A DNA stretch of 64,000 nt from positions 32,054,001-32,118,000 of the forward strand of contig CAIIXF020000001.1 of NCBI GenBank assembly GCA_903813345.2. The letters run 5' to 3'. This document shows positions 11,848-25,791 of this stretch, piece after piece. Source of the DNA: Owenia fusiformis (taxonomy: Eukaryota). The translations under genes and the position numbers were made by a program. How positions within the stretch are numbered: the stretch's first letter is position 1; each line of letters opens with the position of its first letter. The notes beneath the pieces are model-generated. The model worked only from the letters and a program-made list of their open reading frames with translations. It searched no databases and was not told the DNA's origin.

Positions 11848-12628
11848 CATTATCCCACCGAACGAAGGGAAGAGAAGGGATTTTTCAAGATGACAGCTGA
11901 ATTTCAAAATGGCCGCCATTTTTCATAAAAGAACGTAACCTTTGATAACTCAAATACCAGTTGATGGATTTGGTTCAAATTATATATGCTGATGCCTAGA
12001 GACAAAGAATTGTTCTGCTCAAGAAGACATTTTCAAGATGGCCACTGAATTTCAAAATGACCGCCATTTTAGGTAAAAAAACATAATAATTGATAACTCA
12101 AATACCAGTGGATGGATTTGGTTCCAATTTTATAGGCTGATGTTTAGGGAAAAGGAGATCTGCTTCAGAAGAAATTTCAAAGGCGTCAGCTGAATTTCAA
12201 AATGGGTGCCATTTTTCATAAAAAAGGTAATCTTTGATAAATTAAATACCATTGGACATATTAAATTTTTTATACTGATGCCTAGAGATAAAGGAGCTCT
12301 GCTTGAGAAGAAATTTTCAAAGTGGCTGCTATTTATCGAAATCTCCGCCATTTTTCATTAAACATGAAATCCTTGATAACTCAAGTACCGTTGATGGATT
12401 TGGATTAAATTGTATATGCTGATGCCTTGGGACATAGGAGCTCTGCTAAAGAAGAAATCTAAAGATGACAGCTGAATTTCAAAATGGCAACCATGTTTCA
12501 TAAAAACATAATCTTTGTTAATTCAAATACCAGTGGATGGATTTGGCTCAAATTTTATATGGCCGCTATTTATCAAAACATGTTTTGTTCGCTGGGATTT
12601 GCTCCATGGAGTTGCTGTTTTTCTAGTT
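11848..12628 (-). mobile_element. pearl/HINE (Helentron-like) non-autonomous element with tandem core repeats
   Basis: Reverse complement of the family: 5' end aactagaaaaacagcaactccatggagcaaatcccagcgaacaaaa, 3' gttcggtgggataat; lies just after the MS4A-like stop codon. Confidence 0.8.
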
Positions 12629-13390
12629 CTAAATGGTATTGTTTCAACAACCAGGTAATACCAGGAAGACTTTTACATAAATGTCATATTTTGGTATTAT
12701 CACTTACTTCATTTTTGAGCTAAAAATTGGTGAAGTTGTGTTATATCTTGACATTCAACAAAAATTTGTTAATATTTAAACAGTCACAAGAGATGATTAT
12801 ATTGATGATAATGAGTAATGTATAAATAGGGGTTATGCACTGGGATGTTTGGATTTGGAATATCCCAAGGGATAAACAATATAATAATAGGTATGCGCCC
12901 ACCTCAGGGGTAGATCTGAAAACTAACAAGAATCCATTTGCACTCAACTGAAAATGAGAAAATCATGAAAAATAGGGATATTTTGACCAAATTTGGTTTA
13001 AATTATGAAAATAAGAAGTATGCACCCACTTGAGATAGAAGGGATATTTCCTACATCAAAACCAACTGTACAAAAGTTGTATTCCATACCTGATGAGGTT
13101 TGAAATATGAAGAATGTATCTATATGCTGATGTATTAACTTACAATATATATATAATTATTTTAAAGTAGGAGTTCCCCCTTAATGGCCAAGTACTCCTT
13201 CAGTACTTGAGCATCCAAATGAGTTTTCTTTGCCACTTTGCCATGTGTTCGGTTTTTTTTTGTGTTTACTAAGAATTCATCCACATTATTTGTTATAAAG
13301 TTTAAATTTTGTTCCCTCCATTCTTTCATCTTTGTCTTTTATTATTTAATTCAGTATTGAAATATACATGTACTGAAGTATATTCCCTGT

Positions 13391-14019
13391 GTCAAATAAG
13401 TCTGTTCTCCCCCCTTAACTTTTTTTTTTATCTTTAAATTTATCATACTTTCCCATATATCATTTTGAAGCTTATGGAAAATGCTGATCACCCACAAAAA
13501 ATCAATCATAAACTCCTCCTAATAAAATTGCTACAATTTTTCTTGTAAAGTTGTAGTTGACCTTTGATTACGTCAAAACAAGTAATATTACCAGGTCATT
13601 GTGATTGAAAAGTGAAAATGATACTGCAGTGACAATGCCAACATTGGGTGACTCCGATGTTTCTCAATATCGTTACAGAGTAAAATGTGTTACATTCAGG
13701 GGAGCTTTTGAAGCAGGGGCATCTTTCATCACAAAATAGTTGATATCAGCCAAAATTAAACGTTCTGTATGATTTTAACGGGATCATATCCTTGTATAAT
13801 TGAGGCCATCTGGGCTGCTGGGGGAGACATACAAACTATTAAAAAAGGGAAATATAGACATCACTAAAAACACTCTAAAAATATGGGAATTTAACCAATC
13901 ACTCTGAAATTTGGTGTGTGATCAGCAAATTGAATTCCCTTTAAGATGGTATATACCAACCCTATGTTATTTCTGAAATAAAAAAGTTAAGGGGGAGAAC
14001 AGACTTATTTGACGCCCTG
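13391..14019. mobile_element. Tc1/mariner-type MITE
   Basis: TIRs gtcaaataagtctgttctcccccttaactttt / aaaagttaagggggagaacagacttatttgacgccctg followed by TA. Confidence 0.75.
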
Positions 14020-14095
14020 TATGTCCCTGAAACCTCATCAGGTATGGAATACAGCACACTATTGTATATTATTAAATTAGTGCAATATTAATAGT

Positions 14096-14387
14096 TAGAG
14101 GTGTTACGGGTCAGATATTCTTCGGGTCAGGACAGGACAGAAAAAAGAGTGCAGGTCAGGTAATTTTTGGTCGGGTCAGAAGTAACTGAATTGAAACGAC
14201 TGGGTGAATAAACGGCACATTATGAGACTGTTTAAGCCTGCATTACTGCATATGATACTTTGATGAAGGAAAAATGATAGAAACTTAGCATTAAAGCGTT
14301 AGTGAAGAACTTAAATTATTTTCTGTTTGCAATTTATACCTTCCAACCCGAGATTTGGGTCGACTTCGGGTCAGTGTGACACCTCTA
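14096..14387. mobile_element. hAT-type MITE
   Basis: tagaggtgttac ... gtgacacctcta termini; near-perfect 8-bp TSD ttaatagt/gtaatagt. Confidence 0.75.
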
Positions 14388-15104
14388 GTAATAGTGCAAT
14401 TTATAGTTACAATGCACTAGAGATGTCTGAATACTTGATGTTACTATTTAAAAAGGAAGTGTCATACACGTGACCTTTCTACCTTACATAAGGTATTCAT
14501 GTGTTCCAACACATGAGTAGACCATTTTTAAAAAACTTATGTTAGTGGCTTTTTCCAAGAATGAATCTCTTTTAAATGAGAATTATTATTTTTTATTTAA
14601 TTTTTGATATGTTTACTATATGCTGTATTTCATGTGCATTGCTATTAAAATATATATTTATTTCTTATGAAATAAAGTTCTGTTGATGATTTGACATCAG
14701 GAGTGAACATTACTGCCAAAGCCTGAAAAACACTGAATAGTCAATGGAGGTTACTGTTCAGATATTTTACTATCTTACATGTAACAAGATATTGTGTGCA
14801 TGATTCTGAGCTCAGTTATGTGGCACATGTATCTGGGGGTTTGTAGAAAAAACGGATACCGGGTAGTAAATCCTCCATGCTGGGTTCAAACTTGGTACCC
14901 GGTACCCAGTTGAAAAACCGGGTACCCAAAAAACGAAAAATACGAATATACACCATAATTAGACCATTAGAAAATGTGTAAGATTTGTTTTGAATATACA
15001 AAAAAAGTATGTAACTTCCTTCAAAATTCAGCTAGAAGCTTCAAATAAAAAGCATTTTAAGGCACTTTTCTTCCTCTATCATCGTGGTCATATTTTCATT
15101 TAAC

Positions 15105-15752
15105 AGATTTTTATGAAAAATGGCAGCCATTTTAAAATTTAAACGCCATCTTGAAAATTCCTTCTTGAGCATAGCTCGTTTGTCCCTTGGGATCAATATA
15201 TAAAATTTGAACAAAATCTGTCAATTGGCATTTGAATTAACCAAGATTACGTTCTTCTACGATGAATGATGGCCATTTTGAAATTCAGCCACCATCTTGA
15301 AAATTCTTTCTCAAACAAAGCTTCATTGTCCTTAGGCATTAGCATATAAAATTTGAACCAAATCCGTTTACTGATATTTCAGATATCAAAGATTACATTT
15401 TTTACAAAAAATGGTGGCCATTTTGAAATTCAGCGACAATCTTAAAAATCTCTTCTTGGGCAAAGCTCCATTGTCTTTAGGCATCAGCATATAAAATTTG
15501 AACTAAACCCATCCACTAGTATTGGAGGTATCTAAGATTACATTTTTTACGAAAAATGGTGGCCATTTTGAATGAGCGGCCATATTGAAAATTCCCTCCC
15601 GAGCAGAGGTCCTACACCCACAAGGCATAAGCCTATAAAATTTGAATCAAATCCATCAACCGGTATTTGAGTTCTCACCCGGACAGACGAACAAACTAAC
15701 GAATGGACGGACAGCTTTCCTATATCCCCCACAAACTTCATTCGGTGGGAAA
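15105..15752 (+). mobile_element. pearl/HINE element (3' part)
   Basis: Degenerate core repeats (aaaatggNNgccattttgaaa), ggacagacg microsatellite, terminal hairpin atatcccc..aacttcattcggtggga. Confidence 0.8.
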
Positions 15753-18106
15753 ATAACATAAAACATAAACACATCAATTGAATTTGACTAGCTTTAGCCA
15801 TGTATTTCAAAAAGTAGATTTCAATATGTATTGTACAAGCAACATATTGTCATTGAAAACAACCAAATGTTCTTGCACAGTGTAAGCATTTATGTGAAAT
15901 ACCTAGCCATCATCTTTCCTGATTATACATTCTTTTGATAAAATGCATTTTCTTCAAATGTTATCTAAAATGTTAGGTTCTAGAAAGCTTGTGAAATAAT
16001 GAGTTATGAGTTATGAGGTGGGAATATATAAATACATAACAGAACATCAGCATTTCAATCACTTATCACAAATAAACCAAGAATCCATAAATCGTCCTAC
16101 AGTAATAACTATGACGATGTAACTAACCACACCAATGCTACATTTTCATCTTCCATAATGTACAAATTTACAACACTTCATTTCTGTATATTACCCTTTA
16201 CTAGATTTCTATAAAAATAGATTTTATGACACAGAACACCATTTGACTTTCTGTCTAATCCATGTACAATTTTATTCTCAAATATTTGCAATCATGTGTC
16301 AGTCTGTTAAGACATGATGGTGCTGATTATGAAATGCTGTCATGAAGAAAACATGTAGGTTTCAGCTGGCTGAGTGGTGCAATAGAAAACAATTTCAAAA
16401 CAATAATATAATAATATTTATATAGTACTAATAGTAAACAATGCATTAATATGACAAAATGTCACTGCTTGGTTGCAATTACAAGAGTGTAACAATTGTT
16501 AAAAAAGTTGAATGATGACCACTGGTCACAAAAAGAAAAGTTACAATTCTTGGTTATAGTGAATTAATGCCTTGTTAAAAATAAAGAAAATGATGTATTA
16601 CAAAATGGTAATAAGTGGAATGATGGCACGAAAACAAAACTCATGCAGAAGGGAACACAAACAACTAATACTGTGTATAATGCTGAATATATCCTAAAAA
16701 TGCCTTTCACAAAACATGAAGGCAGTCTTATCATCTATTCAGTTTACAACTCAATCTGTTGCTAACTGCAGGGTAATTACAACTTTCTCAATATCATCTT
16801 TCACAACACAGGTCATTTACAACAGAAGTGAAGAGATATGAAACCATCCTGCAATAAATTACATATGTATGTCTAAATATTTATGAGTTCTTGAATATCT
16901 ACATATCTGTCAAACCATGACTAAACTGATATGTATAACATGATTTTTACAAGAAAACCAATGACATAGGAAAATGTGAGTGTGTCGAGAGATGCTGATG
17001 ATCCCTGACATTTTATGACCCCTTACTTTGTATTCTAGATCCCATGACATCCTCTCCCAAAGTGTCATTATATAACTATACCCTCTACCATACATACATA
17101 TTACATATATATATATATTTATATATTAGCCACAATACACCCTGAAGCAGCTCAGCTCAATGTGCTTCACATCACAATTGAATGGTAAATGAAATACCTT
17201 TAATAAATAGAGTTAGGTCACTTCATCTTCCAGTCAACTTTGACCTCATATTAATGCTTCCATATGTACATAAAATATCAATATATACAATAAAAACACA
17301 TCTTTGAAGACTTGATTCCTTTACTGTACTTCTTAATTTGGCAGCCGTTTTAATTTGGGGGATCTGCTAATTTGTTTAAGTCAGTCAAATTAAGTAGCTG
17401 CTAAATTCAATATTTCATACTTCAATCATTTTGTATGGTACATTTCAATATTGCAAGTTTGCCAAATTAGTAGCAAATCCACCAAAATAAGTAGAAACAC
17501 AGTAAATCATTTTTAAACAAGTGTATTTCATAGACATTCATTTATATTTATATGAAAATGGCCCAGATGCTGTAATTAAGTCAGCATGTTCAAACATATG
17601 AGGGAGTATCCTTTAATTCTCATAAAAATATCACTAATATATTTTTAAGTTTAAAATGTGAAGGCTGAAACAAAAGATTTCAGTTCACATTTTATGTGAA
17701 ATAACTATCTGTAGTACTGATTTAGGTACAGTAACTATAATTTTTAGGGGTTTCAGATAAAATAATTGTCAGGCAGTCCCATTTGCCCACAAATTGAAGT
17801 TGGTTTTTTGTTCAATGATCAGTGAATATAACTGCAGAGTGTTTAGGAAAACAATGTGACAACTGGTCACCCAACAAAGTCTGTCCAGTACATCACAAAA
17901 AATAATACGCTCCTGATGATCATTTTAAGAACTGACACCACAAAGTCCAAATTACATTTGATTCTATAGTACTTATTTGCAATGTTACTTCCCTATACCC
18001 AATTATGTCTATATTAAAAGTAGCCTTTCAATGACAATGGACTGGTCTTTAATTGTTTTTATTTGTAGCCTATTTATAGTTCCAATATAATAATGCAGTG
18101 TATGTT

Positions 18107-18195
18107 TTAAATTGCCTCGTTGTCTTGATCATCTTCATCATCTTCCTGGTAGTGACCATCTTGTTCATCATCTTTATTCTCAATTAGGTGGTTGT
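18107..18195 (-). CDS. GOLIM4: GOLIM4-like last coding exon: (D)NHLIENKDDEQDGHYQEDDEDDQDNEAI*
   Basis: gtttcag acceptor, phase 1 matching the upstream exon; acidic C-terminus; TAA stop. Confidence 0.8.
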
Positions 18196-18214
18196 CTGAA
18201 ACAACATAAAGGTA

Positions 18215-19621
18215 ACCAGAACAACGGCAACGCCAAAGCGTAGCGAATCCCATCGAACAGAAATGGCTGGCATTTTTACAAACAAAATATATAGCAAATA
18301 TCATAAAACAACACACCAGAAAGGCCACCATTTTCAAAATGGTTGCTCACTAGCCAAGTTGTCATCAGAGGAAATAATATGCTTTTAAGTAGCCACCTAT
18401 AAAATTACGCCTACTACCCAAAGTGTCATTAGACATTGTGCCATACTTATAGTATTCATATAAAATATGAAACATACCAAATATGAACAAAATCGCTGAA
18501 CTACTTTTCAAGTTATAGTAAAATACGTTAAAATGGGGCCATTTTTCAAAATGGCCATCTTCTACCAAAAGTGTCATTACACAGTGTGCCATGCGTTTAG
18601 TATTCACATACCAAATATAAACAAAATCGCTTCACTACTTTTTGAGTAATAGTAAAATATGTTAAAATGGTGGCCATTTTTCAAAATGGCCATCTTCTAC
18701 CAAAAGTGTCATTACACAGTGTGCCATGCGTTTAGTATTCACATACCAAATATAAACAAAATCGCTCCACTACTTTTCGAGTAATAGTAAAATATGTTAA
18801 AATGGTGGCCATTTTTCAAAATGGCCACCTTCTACCAAAAGTGTCATTAGACAGTGTGCCATGCTTATAGTATTCACTTCACACCAAATATGAACAAAAT
18901 CGCTTCACTACTTTTCGAGTTATAGTAAAATATGTTAAATTGGCGGCCATTTTTCAAATTTTTTTTCAAAATGGCCGCCTTCTACCAAAAGTGTCATAGG
19001 ACAGTGTGCCATGCTTATAGTATTCACATACCAAATATGATCAAAATCGCTCAACTACTTTTCGAGTTATAGTAAAATACGTTAAAATGGCGGCCATTTT
19101 GAAAAATGGCTGCCTTCTACCAAAAGTGTCTTTACACAGTGTGCAATGTTTATAGTATTCACATACCAAATATGAACAAAATCGCTCCACTACTTTTCGA
19201 GTTACAGCAAAAATCGTAAAATAACAAGTAAAGGCCGCCAATTTTCAAGATGGCTGCCATGTGCTTTTTTAATATCTACATTTCTAGCTTTATTAATGTC
19301 CTTTATAATTTTTTTACATTTAAAACATATTGCTGTTACAGTTTTACACATTGCACCTAAATTACTGTAAAATCGGCACTAAAATGGCTGCCATTTTGAA
19401 ATGAGCGGCCATTTTGAAAATCTGCTCTCGAGCAGAACTTCTACCCCCATAGGGTATATGTGTACAAAATATGAACAAAATCGGGCCAACGGTATTTGAG
19501 TTATTGCCCGGACGGACGGACAGACGGACGGACGTACGTACGTACGGACGTACGTACGTACGTACGTACGGACGGACGGAGGCGTTCCCTATATCCCTCC
19601 GAACTTCGTTCGATGGGATAA
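18215..19621 (+). mobile_element. Full-length pearl/HINE element with ~6 x 135-bp core repeats and (ggac/gtac)n microsatellite
   Basis: 5' subterminal atcccatcgaac pairs with 3' gttcgatgggat; 135-bp period (caaaagtgtc at 18566, 18701, 18836); 3' hairpin. Confidence 0.88.
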
Positions 19622-21812
19622 TTATTGCAATACAACTCAGGTAAAACATAAACATTACATGGCATCATTTTTATTAGGCCTGTATATTATTCCTCATTGA
19701 ATGATCATTGTATAACACTTCCACACAAAGGACAGGTGGCGGTAAACCCCTCTTTTAGCCCCCCTACAAAACAAGTATATATTGACATGGAATTGAAGAG
19801 GAAGTATGACTTATTACTTAAAATGTGATTTCTGAGAATTTAGACATTTGACCTTGACATTAGGGTGGTTTAAAGGTCAACTTTGAAAGATGCTATTTTT
19901 GTCAAAATTTTGACGTTTTCTTATACAAGAAATGAAAGCAATTGGCTTAATTTTGATTTTGACTGATAACAAAACATGTGAATGGAAATAAAAATATTTT
20001 TGATAAATTCTCACGGGCAATTACATGAAAATCTTGAGAATCAATCCCCATATGGGCATTTTTGGGGGGACTAAATTTTCCTGTTTCAAAAATGAATGTT
20101 CTTGTTGCCTTTTGAGACTCTAACAGTATCCTAATATAAGCATGTTTTAAGAGTTGGGATGTGATTATTATTTTAAATGCCCATGTCATGGGCATTTCCA
20201 ATCTAGATGCCCATTGGCATCTACATTGGAATTTGAAATTAAATGTCTGTATGGAGACTTAGTTTTAAAGTTTTTGCCAATTTACAGTTCCCATATCTGA
20301 ATTTCAATATATATCATAAATTTTATAGGCAGCATCATGTATAAATGGCATGACACTCAAAAGATTGCCTAAAATAATTTCTACTTATTCCCTGTTTAGA
20401 AAAACACTTAGGCCATTCAAAAAAAAAAAAAATTAATGTCACTAAATTCTATGTTTTCAGAAAAAACAAAATGTCCCCATGTAGTCTGTACTTGTAATGC
20501 ATATAAATGACAGAGGGAATTGTAATCATGAATTATATTGTATTGAAATGAGTTCCAAGATTGATTAAAAACTACATGTATATAAGCTTTAGTATTGTCT
20601 TCATTAACAAGGTCATCTGAATCAAGAGGTGTTACTTGCTTTTCTACTATGTGTTATTGCATTTTCACTATTAAATAATATAAAAAACCCTTTAAATAAA
20701 TAAAGGTTTTGTAGTTTTTAATATAAGGCCCTTCATCAGAATGCCAACATATAATTAATTTTTAATGGCCTAATCTGTACATGCAGTTATGTAGTGTACA
20801 TGTTTGCCCAGGTTAGCAGCCATATTGAAAACATAAACCAGTCAGCCTAATTTTCATCACAAAAGTTGAGTTTTAGTGGTGAGCCCAAACTCCCACAACA
20901 ATGATATTTGCAGAGAACCTACTTTACAGTCTCTGCATTATACAGTTTCAATATCTTTTTTGTGGGAGAATGGGCTGATGGTTAAATTTTCAATGAAAGG
21001 AAATTAGCACCATGCTAAAACTTGATAACAAAGTGAACAAAAATGACAATGTTTTCCAGATTTGCATTGGTAAACTTCATACATAGCTTGATTTTTTTAA
21101 TGTTGTACTCTGAATGCTCGTATGCCATATGTTCCATATAATAAATTCTATGTAATGATAAGTTTTGATATTATTTTGATGGTAAACATAGTGTGTACCC
21201 ATATTCAGACAGTCTTCTGATAGGGGTTCTTACTGCCAATTTTTCAAAGAAACTGAGAACTAATGCCAATTTTTGAAATTGCACACCTCAAGAAAAAAGG
21301 TTGATCTACAACTTGCAATCGGTTCTGAAAGTAAATGGAAGAATGCGCTTTTTGGAAAAAGTCTAAGTTGACCAATAGTCTGTTAAATGGACCTCTTCTT
21401 TTACAATGTGCCTATATTTCATATTCAAACATGACCGTGCTCTATTCGAATTTCTCAACCAATCAGAATGCAGCATAGCCAATATAGAACGTTCTCTAAT
21501 TCTCCATAGATGCACGACCATGCTCTATTCAATCTGCAATTTGCATTGTTTTGAGTGACGTCACATCTCAGCTGCTTATCTGGGGCTCTGTCCGGGGATA
21601 GCTGTTCTTTTTTACTCCCTCCGTAACTACTGTAACTATTTAACACCCCATGTTTGCATACACCGTATAAAATCTAAAACGGGGAGTAAAATAGAACAGC
21701 CCAAACAAATTCTAAAATTTTTCCGGCCGACTTCAGAATCTTTACAGCGTGCGTATTCTTCCTTCATGCCCGTTCCACAGACACGGCTTTTACTAATTTT
21801 TATGTTTGAATC

Positions 21813-21970
21813 GGAATAAATAATGATAGGCCATTCAATATGGTGAAATTCAGCACTCGTTGGACAGAATGTTAGTACAAATGCACTCACCTTCGGTTCG
21901 TGCTTTGTACAACATTCTGTCCAACTCGTGCTGAATTTCACCATATTGAATGGCCTATCATTATTTATTC
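21813..21970. repeat. Near-perfect ~158-bp palindrome (terminal hairpin of a foldback element starting ~21420)
   Basis: ggaataaataatgataggccattcaatatggtgaaattcagcac ... gtgctgaatttcaccatattgaatggcctatcattatttattcc. Confidence 0.85.
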
Positions 21971-22035
21971 CTTAATCATATTCAATTACACAGATGATTA
22001 CACCTAATTTAAAAGTGATATTTCCCACTATTTAC

Positions 22036-22132
22036 CTTCATCATCCTTGACATAGTGATCAGCAGGTTTCCCTTCTTTCATCCGGTCATCCCCATCATTA
22101 TCATCATCCCCATAGTCTACAGGGTTAGGAAG
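22036..22132 (-). CDS. GOLIM4: GOLIM4-like exon: LPNPVDYGDDDNDGDDRMKEGKPADHYVKDDE
   Basis: ttctag acceptor, gtaaat donor, phase 0 to 1, acidic composition. Confidence 0.78.
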
Positions 22133-22518
22133 CTAGAATATACAGTGCATTTAACAGTACTTTATCAAAGAATAGTCACACTATGCAACATGGCTTACAG
22201 ACAGACAGGTTTGGGTCTCTGGTCAGGAGGTACCAACACATTTGTTATTTCACTAGTTTCACTATGTATTTGCTAGTTTTTAATGGGATTTTGAATGTGG
22301 CACATGCAATTCATAAATACCAAACATTCAGGTAAACAGATACTGCACATAGTTGAGCATTTGTGATATTCACTTGAGTAAAGTTGTAAATCCATTAAGT
22401 TGATAATTTGGGAAATCATAAGGTGCGGACAGTCTCAATAAATGAGACATGAATTTTGAATCCAGTGAGAAGAGAGAAAGCAATCCAAGAGTATATACTG
22501 ACATATTTTTCACAGTAC

Positions 22519-22833
22519 CTGGTTTTCATCATTATTTGGTAGATTAGGTGCATTCAATTTATTAGGTCTCTGAACTTGGTCCCCATAATCATCTTCTTCA
22601 TTATTTCTATTCTGCTTATTCTTGTGCTGATCTGGAACAACACCATCCCCTGGATAATGCTCTTCATATTGGTCCTTCTTAACTAACATCTCAGGACCTC
22701 TTAATGGGGCCTGCTCTTTCATGTTACCAGCCTCTGCACCTTGGATCACACCGTGAGCATTAAGGGCCTCATTGAACTTCATTTGACCTTGACCTTCCAT
22801 CCTTACTGGGGAATCATCAGTATCATCAAGTTT
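22519..22833 (-). CDS. GOLIM4: GOLIM4-like exon: KLDDTDDSPVRMEGQGQMKF...PNNDENQ
   Basis: 315-nt open exon, ggtag acceptor, CAG|gtactg donor, phase 0/0. Confidence 0.8.
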
Positions 22834-23843
22834 CTACCAAGGCAACAGAAAATATTTCATATCATTATTTTTATATGTGGCTTACACATATTTTTTATTT
22901 ATATAATTTGAGAGCATGAGTGATTTTCCCGAGGATATAAAATGAAAAAGCTAATACTCCTGGGTTCATTTACACAGTTGAACACCATTCACTTAAGTTT
23001 GATCACATTCAAAAACTAAATAGCTTAGCAAAACAACCAAAAAATAATTCATTCAAGAAAAGTGCATAGATACACATGGTGTCAAATATAAGCAGCTTTT
23101 ATAGCGTCAAAATGAGAAGCATATGATCTCAGCAATACAGCAAAATGTTGATATTTAGCATTCCACTGTTTACAAATAGGCCAAACTGCCATATTTCTTG
23201 GTGTATGGTCACCTCAATTGATACAATATACCTATTTGTGACATTGATTGACATATATTGGATATATCCCAAACAACATAACTTTGGATGGACTTTCCAA
23301 TGAAATATTACACTTGGTACCATATACAGGATGGTCCAAAAAAGTGAACTGATGCAACAGGCTTATATTTCCATTATTACCTTACCTATTTTCACATGTT
23401 GTAGAGGAAGGTCTAAAATTTTTGTTGGTACCATACATTTTTTGAAGTCTTGAAATTTGCAGAAATTATATTTTGGCTGTAGAGGCAAGAACAGAACTTA
23501 TTTGACACCATGTGTAATAATGTTTTGCAAAAGCAAGATCACAACCAAAAATACAAGTTACAATGCACGTGACAAAAACTTACTAATTTCTCTTGCAAAT
23601 GAGAGTCAGAATCTCTCATGTTATCAGGATATTCATTCAAAGCTTCAAATGTGTCCTAAAACAACAATTATCTATCTTACAACTTCTCAATAAAAACAAG
23701 TGCTAAGAGTAAAGTAAACTAAGATTACGGAAGGACGCAGGAAGGAAACGCAGATATATTTTGACACTACTATATATGTCACAGAACACAGCAAACATTT
23801 TTGTCTTGTTATTTTTTTGGTGAAAGAATGAAAACACTATTAA

Positions 23844-24316
23844 AGGCCCACTATTCTTAATTTAGAAGAAAAAAAACCATTGAAACATGTTACTCACACA
23901 CTCGCTCAAATAAGACACAAAGTTTGATTTGCTTTAATATTGAACCAAGAAAAAATAACTCACATAGGAAAAAGCATATGAAGTTCAGAGATCATTAGAC
24001 ATGCATGCACATGTTAAACAAAGTGCATGTTTTAAATTACAGTTGATTTAAAAGACACTTCTATAAAAATGAATGTATCATGTAATACAAACAACTTTGC
24101 CATCTTTCAATGACATTGAGAAAAACTTGATATATAAAGCTTGACAGATCGAAAATATTTTTTGATAATTAATTGTAAGCTTTGATGTGGTCTGTTTGAG
24201 CTGTTGTTGGTGTCAAATGAAAGATAAGGTTCTTATCGATACATTGGACATACTATGAAATTCAAAAGTACGTCTTTATTTTGCCCAAACACGTTGAAAA
24301 TATGCAAAGTGGGCCT
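23844..24316. mobile_element. Kolobok-like MITE
   Basis: TTAA|aggcccact ... agtgggcct|TTAA. Confidence 0.75.
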
Positions 24317-24326
24317 TTAATCAATA

Positions 24327-25642
24327 CTCCTCAAAAAAAGTTAAGGACCAGTGGTTTTCTTCATAGGTTTACATCTTAACCCCCATATTTCTTTGAACGA
24401 CTTTTTTCTCGGCTTGGAACAAAATGTGTCAAAATTTGATGTCAAAATTGATGAATTTCATGAAATTTAGAAAAATGGGCTTTGTATAAAAAACCTCCTA
24501 CCTCATACCCACCTACCCACCTATGTGGAACATGATACAGTCATTGAAGCGTTCAATTTTAAAGATTATTAAATCTCAAAATAGCTCAAATTATTAACAT
24601 TTCTACAATTACGGCTTTATTTTGTGACTAGACAGATGACAATTCCATAAATAAAGGCATATGGATGCATTTTAATGTGTAATGACCCGAGGGCGCCCCA
24701 GGGGAATAAATAATAACTAATGACCTCGAGCATAGGTCCAACAAGCCAGATAAAGAAATTGAAAGAAAGTGTGCCAAATTCGATGCCCCGAGTGGGAATC
24801 GAACCCAGCTGGGATGTAGTTGCAACTTGCTATCAAGGGTCGTTGTAAATGCAACTATAATGCATCATAAACTAAGATTTAATAAACTAAGATCTTTAAA
24901 ATTGAACCCTTCAAAGACTGTATTATGTCCCATGTACGTGGGTAGGTAGATATGAGGTAGGAGGTTTTTTATACAAAGCCAAAAAAATGGCAGACCCCAT
25001 GTAAACCAATGGAAAATGGTTGGGTTGCCATAAGTCATATGAGGAACGATCCATCCCTCCGATTGCTTTCAAAATAAAAATTTTATGAGACAATTAAAGC
25101 TAAATTGTTAAAAGCTAAAAAATATGATTTAATTTTCCAGGTTTTACAAAAGTTAATGGTTTCAAAGTCAATAAGTCTTTTAATGATCCTTTTATTAAAA
25201 TAGCACAGGTGGTCAGTGGGGGGGGGGGTCAAAATTACTTTAAAGCTGTTTTAACAATATAAGAGAGAAATTTAGCATATCAAATGTAAAACCATTCGAT
25301 TTTCTACTCAGAAAGCATTTTTAACAAATGTTTTACTGAAGAGATATTCCAAAATTTGAGTTGCCCCTAAGCCACCATTTCCTATTTGTTTAACATGGGA
25401 TCTGCCATTTTTGTTACATTTCATGAAATTCATCAATTTCGACATCAAATTTTGACCTATTGTAATGGAGATATAACAATGAATTGTGCAGACTTTATAG
25501 AGAATAGAATCAAGATACAGATTTATTTACTTTATTGGGGTTTCTTTTGTTCCACGCTTAGAAAATAGTCGTTCAAACAATTATGGGGGTTAACATGTAA
25601 ACTTATGAGGAAAAACACTGGTCCTTAACTTTTTTAAAGGAG
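24327..25642. mobile_element. TA-flanked Tc1/mariner-type MITE containing a nested element
   Basis: TA|ctcctcaaaaaaagttaaggaccagtg ... cactggtccttaactttttaaaggag|TA; extended TIRs. Confidence 0.8.
24478..24980. mobile_element. Nested MULE/Merlin-like MITE carrying a tRNA-derived B-box fragment
   Basis: ~90-bp TIRs ggctttgtataaaaaacctcctacctcat; 9-bp TSD agaaaaatg/aaaaaaatg (1 mismatch); gggttcgattcccactcggggca on minus strand 24784-24806. Confidence 0.7.
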
Positions 25643-25791
25643 TATATTTCAAAGTTGTGGGGTTAGTCAAGCCTTTAATATGGAGCGCCATTCTGTTTGT
25701 TTTTTATTGGTCACTTTTGTTTAACACATTTTGTCACCTTTTTCTTAATGACGAATGATATAGTACATCATACTGACAACTTTTTCTGATT

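Noticed and set aside
24784..24840. tRNA gene
   Set aside because: Only a T-arm/B-box is recognisable; no D-arm, anticodon arm or 5' acceptor strand.
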